64,000 nucleotides of DNA. Source: Chiloscyllium plagiosum. Taxonomy: Eukaryota. Of this stretch, positions 1 through 13,494 are shown piece after piece (positions within the stretch are counted from its first letter, which is position 1; the number at the start of each line of letters is the position of its first letter). The DNA is taken from contig NC_057756.1 of NCBI RefSeq assembly GCF_004010195.1, positions 3,143,824 to 3,207,823 on the forward strand, given 5' to 3'. The position numbers and the translations under genes were made by a program. Under the pieces are notes generated by a model that was given only the letters and a program-made list of their open reading frames with translations, had not been told where the DNA came from and did not search any database.

Positions 1-1330
1 TACATGCACTAGAAAATGCAAGAACTGATTGGGGATAGTCAACATAGCTTTGTGCATTGGAAATCATTTCTCACAAACCCGATTGAGTTTTTTCAAGAAG
101 TAACAAAGAGGATTGTTGAGGGCAGAGAGGTAGATGTGACCTATATGAACTTGAGAAAGGTGTTCTACAAGGTTCGTCATGGACGACTGGTTAGTAAAGT
201 TAGATCTCATGGAATAAAGGGAGAAATTGCCTTTTCGATATAGATCTGGCTCAGAAGCAGAAAACAGAGTGTAGTGGTTGAGGGTTGTTTTTCAGACTGG
301 AAGCCTGCGACCAGTGGAGCGCTGCAAGGATTAATGCTGTGTCCAATACTTTTCATCATTCATATAAAGGATTTCGAAATGAGCATAAGAGATATAGTTC
401 GTAAGTTTGCAGATGACGCCAAAATTGGAGGTGTAGTGGACAGCAAAGAAGGTTCACTTAGATTACAACCCTATTTTGAACAGATCCGCCAATGGGGTGA
501 GAAGTACCAGGTGAATTTTAATTTAGGTAAATGTGAGGTGCTGCATTTTAGGAAAGCAAATGTAAGCAGGACTTATACTCCTAATGATATGGTCCTCGGA
601 AGCGTTGATGTACAAAGAGACGTTGGAGTGCATGTTCATAGCTCCTTGAATGTGGAGTTGCAGTTCAATAGGGTAGTGAAGAAGGCGTTCGGTATGCTTT
701 CCTTTATCGGTCAGAGTATTAAGTATAGGAGTTCAGAGGTGATGCTTCCTCTGTTCAGACATTGGTTAGGCCACTATTGGAATATTTCATGCAGTTCCGG
801 TCTCCTTCCTATCGGAAAGATGTTCTGAAACGTGAAAGGGTTCAGAAAAGGTTGACAAAGATGTTGCCAGAGTTGGAGGATTTGAGCTGTAGGTAGATGC
901 TGAATAGGCTAGGGCTGTTTTCCCTAGAGCATCGGAAGTTGCAGGGTGACCTTATAGAGGTTTGTAAAATCATGAGGGGCAGGCATAGGATAAATAGGCA
1001 AAGTCTTTTCGCTGGGTTGGAGAGTCCAGAACTAGCGGGCGTAGATTTAGGGTGAGAAGGGAAAGAATAAAAGAGACCTGAGGGGCAACTTTTTCACACA
1101 GAATGTGGCATGTGCATGGAATGAGCTTCCAGAGTAAATCATGGATATTGTACAAATGCAACATTTAAAAGTCATCTGCATGGTGTATGAATAGGAAGGT
1201 TTTGGTGAGATATGAGCCAGATGCTGGCAGGTGGGACTAGATTGTATTGGGATATCTGGTCGGCATGGACAAGTTGGACCAAAGCGTCTGTTTCTGTGCT
1301 GTACACCTCTATGACTCAATGACTCTATGA
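1..1330 (+). mobile_element. CR1-type LINE, 3' part of ORF2 (reverse transcriptase) plus 3' tail, degenerate
   Basis: ORFs 16-243 and 274-828 give CR1 RT motifs (SQHSFV..LTN.IEFF, KFADDAKIGG, FNLGKCEVLHF); ends in a (ctctatga)-like tail at ~1306-1330. Confidence 0.92.
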
Positions 1331-1334
1331 GCAG

Positions 1335-2521
1335 AAATAGACTGAATGTCTAACCTAATTGTACATGACGTAGATATAGGAGATGCTGTTCTGATTAAGC
1401 AACACCGTTATATGCATAACCCTCTAAACTTGCCACAGGTTCAGAAGAAGGTAAAATGCACGCTCGAAGATGGCAAAATCAAAGTGAGTTACAGTGACTG
1501 GAGCAGACCCATAGTCATGGTGCCAAAGCTACATGATACGCAAAGTTTACGTGTTGTCTATCAAAAATTCAGTGCAGTTACAAAAAGCGATGCATATCTA
1601 CTTACACGTTTGGAGAACTATGTCTAAAAGGTGGGATATGCAACTTACATTTCGAAGGTGAATTTGCTCACAGGCTACTGGTGGGTACTTTTGCATAAGG
1701 AACAAAGACAATTTCGGCTTTTGTATGCCAAATATACTGTATCGTTTTATAGGCATACCATTTGGTACGAAAAGAAAACGCTCCACCCACATTTCAGAGT
1801 CTAACGAATACGGTAATGCCTTGATTACTCAACTGAGTTATGTACATTGATGACTTGTTTGATGTTTAGTCATTCATGGAGGAAACATTCACACCATCTA
1901 TTGGACTTCACTGATCTACTTCGAAAGGCAGATTTGGTTGCAAACCGATATAAAAGTGAATTTGCCACAGCCCAAGTCACCTTCCTGGGCCATGCTATCA
2001 GAACACTGGGCCGACTGGATGCAAAAAAAAGTAATTGTGTAATGTCCCACACTGTCAACGAAAAGTGCAGGTCTACATTTGCTGGGAATGAGTGGATTGT
2101 ATTGAACGTTTGTGCCGAATTTTGCAAGTGTGGTAGCTCCACTCATCGACTTGGCAAAAATAAAGGCAAGAAGTTTCAGTAGAAAACGGATTATCAGAAG
2201 ACATTTCACAGTCTAAAACATGTATTCACCACTGCCTCAGGATTCACCACAGCTGATTACTCAAAACATTTCAATGTGGCTGTCGATGCCAGTGATGTTG
2301 AGTGAGGGTGGTGCTTCTACTGGAGATGACAAGGGGATAAAAAGACCAATTGGACATTTTTGCAAAGAAATATACAACAGTTGTGAAAGAGATTTTTAGC
2401 TTGTTTTTGGCATTACATTTCATTGTTTATATTGAACGCAACACATCTGAGACAATTGTATACACCTATCGTAACCCTTTGACATTTGTGGAGAAATTTA
2501 AGGACTAGAATGGCAGACTGT
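1335..2521 (+). mobile_element. Gypsy (Gmr1-like) LTR retrotransposon RT/RNase H fragment, degenerate
   Basis: HDVDIGDAVLIKQH, SDWSRPIVMVPK, AVTKSDAY, KSEFATAQVTFLGH and F.VAVDASDV motifs, with stops and frameshifts. Confidence 0.88.
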
Positions 2522-2822
2522 TTAGATTAGATACCCTACAGTATGGAGACAGGCCTTTTAGTCCAACAAGTCCACATTGACCCTCCGAAGAGAAACCCAC
2601 CCAGACCCATTCCCTGACCCGACATTTACCCCTGACTAATGCACCTCACAGTCTGGGAAATTTAGCATAGCTCATTCTGGAAACCAGAGCACTCAGAAGA
2701 TGCCCACACAGACACGGGGAGAATGTGCAAACTTCGCTCAAACAGTTGCCTGAGGCCACAATCGAACCTACGTCTCTGACACTGTGAGGCAGCAGTGATA
2801 ACTACTGAGCCACCGTGCCGCC
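2522..2822 (-). mobile_element. HE1-like shark SINE
   Basis: reverse complement of the SINE at 20282-20601; ends ...actgagccaccgtgccgcc. Confidence 0.85.
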
Positions 2823-2977
2823 TAAAATATGTATTTCCTTGATTTATCCCAGTGGGTTTCCCTTAAAAGTCAGTTTAGAAACTGCAACACTGCGATGGAT
2901 GTGAATTGAACTCAGGTCAACTGCTTGTAAGTCAGCAATGTTCACCATGAGCCTTAAACAGTGATAGATTGACGTAG

Positions 2978-3415
2978 GTTAGATTCCCTACAGTATGGAA
3001 ACAGGCCCTTCGGCCCAACAAATCCATACCAACCCATTTCCCTACCCTATATACTTTACCACTGACTAATGCACCTAACACTATGGGCAATTTAGCATGG
3101 CCAATTCACCTGAACGACTTATCTTTGGAATATGGGAGGAAACCGGAGCACCCGGAAGAAACACACGCAGGCACAGGGAGAATGTGGAAACACCACACAG
3201 ACAGTTGCATGAGGTGGGAATCGAATCCATGTCCCTGGCGCCTGTGAGGTAGCCGTATTGCCCACTGAGCCAGTGTGCTGCGTAATTGAGTTAATGCTTC
3301 AAATGCAGACACGGGGAGAATGTGCAAACTTCACACAGATAGTCATCTGAGATTGGAATTGAACCCTGGTCCCTGGCTGTGAGAGGCGGGAGTGCTGTAC
3401 CACCATGCTGTCCAA
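2978..3415 (-). mobile_element. HE1-like SINE plus a second partial SINE copy
   Basis: ttagattccctacagtatggaaacaggccc...ggaaaccggagcacccgg; second fragment cagacacggggagaatgtgcaaact at ~3306. Confidence 0.85.
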
Positions 3416-3539
3416 CAATGGATAAATGATGCTTCGATGGATCTTGGTGTTGTGGCCTTTCAAATTGACAATTTTGCATGCGGTAGGTCACAGAAACCTG
3501 ATAAGTGATGCTTTGCCAAGTCTCGACTGAGACACGGAG

Positions 3540-4346
3540 GCGTTTGGTGAAGAGTCTTCCACCGGTGTGAATTAAAATGTGGGTGTGCATGTTTACACGT
3601 GTGTGGTCAATGTAGTGTGCATGTGAGTGTAAGAATAATAACCAATTTTTGGAATGGTTTTAAAAATGAAACCATCTTTGTATATTTATGATACATTTTT
3701 TTAAATGGGGAGCCGAACAAATCTCGTCCTGTCTTAAAAAGAAAGCTGTTGCTTTTCTCAAGGATACTGATTCCTTGTTTTTCCTTAGAGGAGTCGTTAA
3801 ACAGCCCATGTTCCAAATCGGCTGAAAAGGTACAGGGATAAAAAGGGAATTTTGGAAACATTTTTTGTTTTAATAAAACAGACGAGACTTTTGGCCAACG
3901 CTTTTATGTTGTAGAAGTAATCTATATGGTGAAAGGGTTATGATCAGTCCTGGAAGCAGATATCTTGTTCTTAGGTTGCAGCAGATACTATACGGGAGAA
4001 GTTTGGAAACCTCTCTCTCCTACTGCGCTTCTGATTTCAACATGTAAAGCTCTGTTTCATTTTTAATCTGTGTTAACAGGTTTGTTTATTGGGACCGTTA
4101 TCCCAATGACAGCATAATTATTTCTAGTTTGGATAGGTTGAGTTCTGTGCATATTCTATATTCTGTGCTTCGTGTTTCATTTCCTAATTGTGGGAATATA
4201 TATTTTGTCTGTTTTAAAAGCTGGTAATCATCCTAGCTAACTTATCCTGGTTAACTTGCACTGCACACTTATCACAACACATAGAAAAGCTACCGTCTTG
4301 GCTGCCTGTTTAACAATGTTTAGAGTGGGTTGACCCAGTTCATACC
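3540..4346 (+). mobile_element. Gypsy-type LTR, probable 3' LTR of the upstream element
   Basis: follows the RT/RNase H fragment; resembles the other LTR-like segments in the window; ends ...gacccagttcatacca. Confidence 0.55.
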
Positions 4347-4399
4347 ATTTAGTAGTTAAATACTCTCCCATTTTCTTAGGTTTTTCAATATGGCTCGGG

Positions 4400-4505
4400 T
4401 TTGGTCTAGTCACAAACACATTTGATGTTCTTGTTGTGATGAAAATCTCCAATTCCTTATTGTATTTAGCAATTATCGACACAAAGGAAGACAGTGGTGA
4501 CTGTT
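4400..4505 (+). pseudogene. collagen-like exon relic
   Basis: GCA ATT ATC|GAC ACA AAG|GAA GAC AGT|GGT GAC TGT = (G)II(G)TK(G)DSGDC. Confidence 0.55.
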
Positions 4506-4554
4506 GTTTTTTTTTCTATATTTATTTTGATGGATACATTTGTTTGATTTTAAA

Positions 4555-5172
4555 TAGACAATAGGTGCAGGAGTAGGCCATTCTGCACTTCGGGCCTGTA
4601 CCACCATTCATTATGATCATGGCTGATCATCCTCAATCAGTATCCTGTTCCTGCCTTATCTCCATACCCTTGATTCCACTATCCTTGAAACCTCTATCCA
4701 ACTCTTTCTTAAAAGAATCCAGAGACTGAGCCTCCACTGCCTTCTGGGGCAGAGCATTCCACACACCTACCACTCTCTGGGGTGAAGAAGTTTCTCCTCA
4801 TCTCTGTCCTAAATGGCATATCCCTTATTTTTAAGCTGTGTCCTCTGGTTCGGGACTCACCCATCAGCAGAAACATGTTTCCTGCCTCCAGAGTGTCCAA
4901 TCATTTAACAATCTTATACATCTCAATCAGATCCCCCTCAGTATTCTAAACACAAGGGTATACAAGCCCAGTCGCTCCAATCAATCAACATAAGATAGTC
5001 CTGCCATTCCAGGAATTGACCTCGTGAACCTACGCTGCACTCCCTCAAGACCAGAACTGCACACAATATTCCAGGTGCGGTCTCACCAGGACCCTGTACA
5101 GCTGCAGAAGAACGCCTTTGCTTCTATACTCAATCTCTTTTGTTATGAAGACCAGCATGCTCTTAGCTTTCT
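4555..5172 (-). mobile_element. CR1-type LINE 3' fragment
   Basis: ORF 4709-4900 GESRTRGHSLKIR.PFRTEMRRNFFT is a CR1 ORF2 C-terminus. Confidence 0.9.
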
Positions 5173-5175
5173 TCA

Positions 5176-5960
5176 GTCAATAAGAGTTTATCGGGGGTGG
5201 AGAACTTCACGTCGTGTGTTTTTCAGAAAATGAGCAACGAACGAAGTCTGGATTTAACAAAGCATTTAAATAGTACTTAACAGTGTTTGTGAGGGAAAAG
5301 TAAACATTTGTGGCTATAGCGCAGCATTTACAATGAAATCACAATTGAAAATACTTTTGATTTTGAGGTATATTCAATTCCAGAAGCTCATGGGCACTGG
5401 CAAAATGTGTAAAATATCTCTGTTCCTAGCATCAGTGTGGTTACAAATTTACTTAGTTACAAAATCGCAATTAAAAAGAATGAAAGTGTAGAATCAACGT
5501 TAAAGTGTGAACATAGAAATACTTGCGAATACACTAACAAGTCAATAGTCCTCTTGAGGTACTTAGCCATGCTGAGTCCACACTCTATAAAAGGTTTCAA
5601 TCTCCTCTACTTTCGCTTGGTCTCTGGCAGACCTCGACTGCCTTGTCTTGTCACCACCACAGCTGCCAAACAATGCAATCAGAATAATTCGAAATTGTTA
5701 CATTCATTTGCAAATAATCCAGCATGAATTGAATGCAATGGCAAGAGATTAACAAATGAAACAAATGAATATATGATTTTAAAGTATAATGAAAAATAAA
5801 ATAAATAATAGTAGTGGCAGAAAAAAGAGGGATAGTTAGGTATGCCACGAACAGAAGAAATGGGACAAGAGAGTGAAGAAATGGGAAATAAGAACAGAAC
5901 AGAACTGCAAACAACAACATGTCCTTCTCCGATATGCTCAATGATTTTTACCAACAATCC
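5176..5960 (+). pseudogene. collagen-like exon relics
   Basis: periodic triplets SIR|VYR|GWR|TSR|RVF|FRK|*AT and NSS|GRK|KRD|S*V|CHE|QKK|WDK|RVK. Confidence 0.5.
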
Positions 5961-5964
5961 AAAT

Positions 5965-7520
5965 AAAATGAATGAGTGTCACCTGCTGTGAAATGTCAAA
6001 TGCAACGGTACCATCAGTCAACGCTGTTGAGGTCAGATCAGCCTTCTTGAGAGTGAAGCCATGGAAAGCGCCTGCCCTCAAATAGAAGACTGGGCTATAC
6101 GTACATATCTCATTCGGACCACATGCTAGGATTATTCGCTGACATCTTTAATCTTTCCTTTGTATAATCTGAAGTCCCCGCCTACTTCTAGAAGAAAACC
6201 ATCATCCCAGTACGAAGTAAAACACATGCAATTTGCCTCAATGACGACCACCTAGTGCAGTTACCTCCACAATTATGAACTTCATCAAGAGGTACGTGAT
6301 GACTCAAGGCAATTTCAGCCTCCCATCCTTCCTCCTTCACTAGCAACTTGTCTACCTGCACAACAGGTCCATGACAGAGGACGGAGGCCACGGCATGTGA
6401 CACAAGACGCAGAGAAAAGTGGTTGACTGTTAACTGGCCTTAGGCAACAAGGATTTTGCAATCAATGCTGACCTAGACAGAGTCACCCACAACTTGTGAA
6501 TGAATAAAGAAAAAAAAAAGACACCAGCTACCTAGCCCGACCCACTCATCACTGGAACATCTGGAGAATCAGTATAACTAAGTCAGACTTCTACATATTT
6601 ATTGCGTCTCCCTTTCAACATGTAACAACAGAAAAGTAGTGATTAAAGTGGTGTTGGTCAGGCAGCGTCTGAGGAGCAGGAAAATCGACACTGTGGGCAA
6701 AAGTGCTTCATTAGGAATTCCTGATCACTCACTCCTGGGGAAGGGCTTTTCCACGAAACATCGATTTTCCTGCTCTTGGAATGCTGCCTGATCTACTATG
6801 CTTTTGCAGCACCACCGTAATCTTGACTCTGATCTCCAACATCTGCAGTCCTCACTTTCGTCCATCAGAAAAGTAATCTCAAAATTGCGAAACATTGATA
6901 TATGTTTCAGCCCCTGCAACTGAATTCTCGACTCCTTAATCCACAGACTCCAAGCAGTGATGTAAGGCAATAACACCTCAATCATGACAGTCCTTAACAC
7001 CAGCGCACCAAAAGGACACATACTCAGCCTCTTACGATACTCCCTGGATACGCATGGCCCTGTGGCTAAATGTTTTCCAAACTCCACCCACAAGCTTGCT
7101 GATGAAACCACCATCGTAGACCGGATATCAAATAAATGACAACACTGAATACGGGAAAGATGTAGAATGCTTGTTGATGTGGTAGAACTAATAGATTCCC
7201 CTCCCAATGGCAGCAAAATGCAAGAGCTGATCATCAGCCTCAGGAAATCTGCCCACAGGGACCCTGACCAACATTTGCAGATATAACAAAAATAAAATTC
7301 TAACTGGATGCATCAAACTTTGATATGTCAACTGCTGTGCCCAAGATCGTTTAAATTGACTTCCGAATGGAACTCTCGAATTTCAAATCTAATGTTGATC
7401 TTGCTCGTGTACATCTTCTTTAAAGCTGCAACTTTTTATTCCATACTCTGTTCGATCATCTTCTGATTTTTCTCTCTTTATAAGTTATGATCTGTTGTCC
7501 AGCACCCAAGAGAAACTTTA
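5965..7520 (+). mobile_element. Rex1/Babar-like LINE RT fragment, degenerate, with nested short inserts
   Basis: gacatctttaatctttcc...gaagtccccgcctacttctagaagaaaaccatcatccc (DIFNLS..VP.CFK.TIIP-like) and a KLADETTIV motif at ~7092. Confidence 0.7.
6628..6862. repeat. short palindromic shark repeat, probably Penelope-terminus derived
   Basis: gagcaggaaaatcgac...gggcaaaag versus gggctttt...cgattttcctgctc form inverted arms. Confidence 0.7.
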
Positions 7521-7559
7521 CACTACACTCATGTACAGGTAGCAAAAGCGTATCTATTC

Positions 7560-7697
7560 AAATTAAAAGTCTTGAATATCCTGAGTTTGGATCTGAAAAC
7601 TTAATGTGATATAAAATGCTGGACACTGATTTGAGAAACGGCAATTGTGATGCGGGCAGTAATGACGAGCAATCCGAAAGCCCAATTGGTCTGGAGT
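7560..7697 (+). pseudogene. collagen-like exon relic between two LINEs
   Basis: GSE|NLM|*YK|MLD|TDL|RNG|NCD|AGS|NDE|QSE|SPI|GLE. Confidence 0.55.
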
Positions 7698-10390
7698 CAT
7701 ACAGTGACAGAGGATAACACATTAAAACAGGCCCTTCAGTCCAACTTTCCCATGCCAGCCCAGTTTTCATGATACATACTGATCGCATTTGCCATGTATT
7801 TCGTCGATATTCTTCGATACCAATCCATCCCCTGTATCTGTCTAAATGGTTCTGAATGGCGAAATTGTACTCGGTTCCACGACTACTTCTGGCAGCCCAT
7901 TCCAGACACTGTGCAAAGGGAAAAAGCCTCTGTAGACTTTTTTTGTATCTGTCCCATACCACAATCTTCGGCATTTCACCCGTGCCTCTCAACGTCACAA
8001 TTGGGCGCTACAATTTCATCCAGAGACTTATACAAAACCAAGGGACAAACTTCATCTGCGCCCAGGGATTGATTTACCTTTGTGTTTACGATTGTCAGCT
8101 ACTCCTATCTTGTCAATCGTGCATTCTTAAGATATCACTATTCAACTCCACGAGTTTCTTCCATCCATAAGATTCATTTAAGGATCTCCCCCACCATTTG
8201 TGGCTCCATAGATCGATGGCATTGTGGATCGTTCAGAGACATTATTCTCGAAGTAGTTATACTTTGCCGTTCACATTCTTTTATAATATCCTTGGACTCT
8301 GCTTTGCCGTTTCTGCAAATGCCATGTCGTGACCCCTTTTCGCCATCCTAATTTTTGTATAAAGTGTACTTCGACGTCCTCCATACTTCTCAACGAATTG
8401 TCTTGGTCCCAGCTGCTCCCCATACGTGTTACACGCCGCTTCTTTTTAAAGTCCAGAGCCTCAATAACTCCAGTTATCCACTGTTTTCTACTTCTGCCGG
8501 TCTTAACCTTCACACTAACAGAAACATGCTGTGCCTGAAAAGACTCCTACTCACCAGACATCAATTTGCCTGCAAACAGACTTTGACAATTTACATTTGA
8601 ATATACTGAAGACTACGAAAATAGGCATTACCAGATTTTTCAACAATACCTTTTGCAACAGATCCATCGTTTTATATTGCTGTTTCGAAACTAATGCAAT
8701 AACGGTCACTGGTCCCATATTGCGCCCTCACTAAAATGTCCATCAATGTCGCTACCTTATTTCAAAAGAGCGGGTCAAGTTTTGCACATTCAATTTTCGT
8801 ATCATTTACAAACTGCATAAGAAATTCTTGCTGAACAAATTTGTCCTGAACTTCTCTCAAATTTCACTGCATGCAAGCGCTTAGAATTACGGCAGGTCTC
8901 ATCTTTGTTGGGAATGTCGAAAATCCCCTACTTTAATAACCTTAACACTCTTGCAGCCGTCTGCAATCTCCTTTCTTATTTGTTTCCCAATCTTCCGCTG
9001 GCTATTCGGGAGCCAACAGCACTTTTCACCATGTTACCCCTGAATTCCACATATATAGCATCTGTGAGCAAAAGTTGCAAAAGATACTTATTTCCTTAGT
9101 CGTGCTGTGATGATTCCAGCCTCAAAAAAATGCAACTCCTGCTCTGTCTTGCCTTTCCATCTATATTTTGTGCAGCATTTGTACGCCAAAGAATTGAGCT
9201 GCCAGTCTTGGCTCTACTTCCACCTTCTCGTATAATGGCCATAATATTGCAGTCCCATAACCCATTCATACCCCAAGTTAATTTATCTTACCTCCCAGGC
9301 ATATTACATCGAAATAAATACAGTTTACTAAAGATGTGCTTTGATTTCTGCTGTGCCCCCGCTGCCTTGCCTTGTATTAGGATTAGCAATAGTGTCTTTT
9401 AAAATTGATTTGCCACATTAACTTCTGTACTATTCTCAACTTTCTCTTCTCCTCCCTGCTGCTTTAGAACCCATCTCGTGGCAGACTAATTTAAACTCTC
9501 GAAGCAGCTCTCACAAATAATGCCATTAAGATGTCGGTCGCCCTCCAGTTGAGGTGGATGCTTTCCATCTTGTGCAGGTCACCTCTGCCCAATGATTCCA
9601 GTCTCTGAATCCGTGACACCAACATCAGGTCTCAAACCATGAAGTTATCTGCAAATTCTTCTGTTCTTTTTCTTCGTCATACGTGGTACCAGAATTAAGT
9701 CCATCTATTACTACGCTTGAGGTCTTGCATTTTAATCTGCTTCCTAATTCCCTACAGTCACACTTCAAGACTTCTCCTCTTTTCTTATCGATGTACTTTT
9801 CAGAATTATGCACAACGACCCTTGGCAGCACTTTCCATCCCGAAAGTACCCCACGCCCCCCTACCTACACCACCCCTCCTTCCCCACCCCGGAATTTTAG
9901 AATTTCATGCAAACCATTCGGAGATGTCGTTGACCCTGGCAGCAGGAATCCAACAAACGATCTTTGAGTCCCAATTAAGGTCACGGTAACGTCTTCCTAT
10001 GCCCCTCACAAAGAAGTCTCCTCCCACTACTGTGTGCTTGGTCATTGTTTGACTCTGCTCTCCAGCAACGCCAGCTGTGTTGCCAGAGGATTGGCTGCTG
10101 CTTTGTAGTCCTTTGATGGTCTGTTCTCCCTCATCAATATCCGCACTGTTTACCTGTTAGAGAGGCGAATAGCCACTGGAGCATCCTGCACTGCTGGCTG
10201 CCAGTCCTGGTGGTCACCCAAATATCTGACTGAATCTGCAGTTTGACCAAATTACAGCAACTAGTGTTTATCACTCTCTCTGCCTCATGTATTCACTTCA
10301 GTGTGTTCAAATACCGGTTAATATGAACAAAACAATCTATGATAAGCTGCAGCTGGTCAAATTTCCTACTTGCTATGTCGGCAGGGAAAC
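7698..10390 (-). mobile_element. old CR1-type LINE, fragmented (ORF2 and ORF1 parts)
   Basis: CR1 3'-end-like sequence at ~7700-7930; degraded endonuclease and ORF1-like sequence similar to the copy at 47390-49080. Confidence 0.65.
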
Positions 10391-10399
10391 TCGACTGCG

Positions 10400-11295
10400 C
10401 TATTTAGATTCGATCTATGTAAACATGCCGAGTGTTTGGGCAGAATTTTGTGCGTGACTTTTTCATTGCATTTGAAGAAGTGTCTGAACAAATTAAATGC
10501 CCTCTTAGCATGTTGCGACTACTAATTCAAACAGAGGTGATTGATGCGAATGGTAATGCAATTACCAGCACAATCAGAGGAGGGATATGAATACTATAAT
10601 AAAATGGAAAATGGCAACTTAATTGTGTAGATAGTATGAAAACCCTAACGACAACGTTTTGTGAATCTAAGGAGGAAGCTGGTCAAACGTACCAAGTCAG
10701 GCAATATCCAAATAGCCCTCATTCCGCATGTTTCTGAAACTTCATCTCCCCTGCTCCTCGGATGTTGCCTGTCATGCTTTCCTTTTTCCAGTGCCATGCT
10801 TTTCGAATTTGACTGTCCAGCATCTGAATTCCTCACTTTTTTTCGGCTTTTAAACGTTGCACACCATGTGAATGATCTTGAGGCAGAAAATAAAATAAAA
10901 TGTCAGTTTGCGAGAGCAGGGTAAATGTCAATATTACTCACTATGATGGGTGAACATATAAAGGAAAATTTTAGTTGACAAAATAACATCGAAATGAAAT
11001 TGAGTGAAGTGCGACACATGATAAGAACCCCAGTTCGACAGAAATCTCACAGAATGAATCATGTGAATATGTATAAAAATATTTCAGAAAGGAAAGAAAA
11101 CAAAGGTGACTATGTTGTTGTTCACAACAATGAGTGAAGAACCAAATACAGATTCTGAGCTGCAATTCTTTATGTTAAACTGGATAATGAAGTATTTCTC
11201 AATAATTTGATCTTAATGTGTTTTTGCATTTTCATATGAGATATGTGGAAGCAAATTGGGCAATCTTAATATAATTATGCATGATGTAGATTAAG
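10400..11295 (+). pseudogene. collagen-like exon relics, with a short repeat inserted at ~10735-10842
   Basis: GKW|QLN|CVD|SMK|TLT|TTF|CES and DLE|AEN|KIK|CQF|ARA, followed by donor gtaaat at 10921; another donor gtaatg at 11296. Confidence 0.55.
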
Positions 11296-11399
11296 GTAAT
11301 GTTCGATTTGAGCAGCAACCTTGTAGACTGAAGCCTTTTAGTGATTGATAGAGTTTGAATGCATGCTTTAAAACATTATGATGTAAGTGTGTTTCATAG

Positions 11400-13490
11400 T
11401 AAGGTACTCATATGTAATGGCGCCAAAACGGGATAGATACAAATGATGATGCGTGTATGACTAAAAATTGAAAGCAGTTCCAAAACCTGCTTTCTACCAT
11501 TTCCACATTCGGAATGTTATGTGGAGCAGGTGGAACAAGTACATTAAATTTCTAAGTTTTGTTCACTTAAAGGTAGAGGCAAGCATCTTATCTGGTATAG
11601 TGAAAGAGATATCGGCTTTCCTTGCACTGTTTCGTCTCCTTAAGCTTCAAATCATGCAATTTGCAGCCACCTTTCGAAGGCATTTCATAAGAGCATTTTC
11701 GGTTTACACAGTTGTTTGGTGTACATCGACAATCTAATAATTTTAAGTCACGCATGGAAGGAAAAATTGGAGCATTTATCAGTAGTGTGAAATCGAATTC
11801 GTGAGGCAGGATTGGTGATTACAGTGGCTAAGAGACACTTCTCTGAAAGTCAAGTCACGTCCCTGGACCATGTCATTGCGTATGGTCAAATTGCCTCCCT
11901 TGATGTGTAAACAAATGTTATTCGGTCGTTTACCAGGCCATCAACGAATAGGGGAGTATATAATTACTGGAACGGTAACTTTTCTTTGATGTGGGTACTG
12001 AATGCAAGCAGTGTGCATAATCGACTGACACACTTGATATAAAATGTTGAAAATTTCAGGGAACAGGGGAGTGCCAGAAGACATTGATCGCGGGAAAACA
12101 ATGTTAGCCAGTGTCCAACTGAAAAACACGCCAGAGTATTCAAATCCATTCAAAGTAGAGATTGATAAGACTGATATGTTTGCTGGTTCTGTACATTTAT
12201 AAGAAGATAGCAATCAGATTGAAGGATCCAATTTTTTGCAAAAAGTTGAAGAATTGTCAACACAAATATTTAACAATGGGGGAAGATAATTTTAGTTCGT
12301 ATTGGCTTAGAATCAAATGATCATTTATATTTCAAATATTGCCTTGTCTGTGACAAACCAATATACTGGCCATAACAGTTTTATATGTTCAGAAAAATAC
12401 TGATGAACATTCCAGTTTGTTTAGATGCTGCTTATTATAGTAGATTTTCAGGTTTGAAGTCATACCCACAGCGGGATGAGAGTTTACATTTGCCAACATG
12501 TTGTTAAATTTTGTAATGAAAACTAAGGGGAAGAACGGACTAAAATGGACTGAAGTAGCAAACCTCTGCATGCTAAGGTTCCATGTAAAATATATATGTT
12601 GCACAGTGCTAATAGCACGAATTTTGAAGTTCTTGAAATTGAACCGTCTTTGCGTATTGATGGTTTTTTGTTGAAGTCGGGATGCGTGAAAATGTTATGG
12701 ATTTAAAAAAGGATATTTTGTCCGTTTTGCAATGAGGATAGCTTAAGTCAGAAGTGATTCGGAGATGCCGGTGTTGGACTGGGGTGTACAAAGTTAAAAA
12801 TCATACAACACCAGGTTATAGTTCAACAGGTTTAATTGGAAGCACACTAGCTTTCCGAGCGACGATCCTTCATCAGGCAATCACCTGATGAAGGAGCGTC
12901 ACTCCAAAAGCTCGTGTGCTTCCAATTAAACCTGTTGGTGTTGTGTGATTTTTAACTTAAGTCAGAAAGGCATAGTGGTCTGCTTGAAGCTAGGAAATTG
13001 AACAGTTTGTGCGATGTTACTTCGTGTATGTCAAGGTTGAAACAATCGAAACAGCAAGAAGGTGTTTTGTCAAGCTACTACAGACCCAGGTTTTAGCTTA
13101 GTATTCAAGCTTGGATATATATTCATGTTACAGCAGAACTCTTGGGCTCTCTCTCTCACACTCTCTGTCTTTCTCTCAGACGTTTTTGTCTTGATATGCT
13201 TCACCCGAATGAGTGAATTGCATGAGAGATAACCTATCTTTCCTAATGTGTCATTTCAAATGCTGTGCTGATGGAATGTTACTATACTGGCATTGTTTCC
13301 CTTTAGTATTTAAGTAATCTATCACTCTGTTAAGTTTTCCAATCCAATTAAGTTGTTTCTTTTTTTTATTTTGTGTGTGTTTTCAGTATAATGCATGTCT
13401 CACCTCAGTGTTTCTTCAAGTCTGATAGTTTGACCAACAGAATTGCATCCAAATGCGTTTCTTTAGGACAAGTAAAACGAAGAGTCTCGG
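11400..13490 (+). mobile_element. Gypsy RT/RNase H fragment and LTR, highly degenerate
   Basis: YIDNLIILSHAWKE.LEHL and SQVTSLDHVI motifs paralleling 1335-2521; LTR-like tail to ~13490. Confidence 0.7.
12754..12955. mobile_element. short palindromic element with 12-bp target-site duplication
   Basis: inverted arms around catcaggcaatcacctgatg; cttaagtcagaa at both 12742-12753 and 12956-12967; same family as 34290-34740. Confidence 0.85.
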
Positions 13491-13494
13491 CTGT

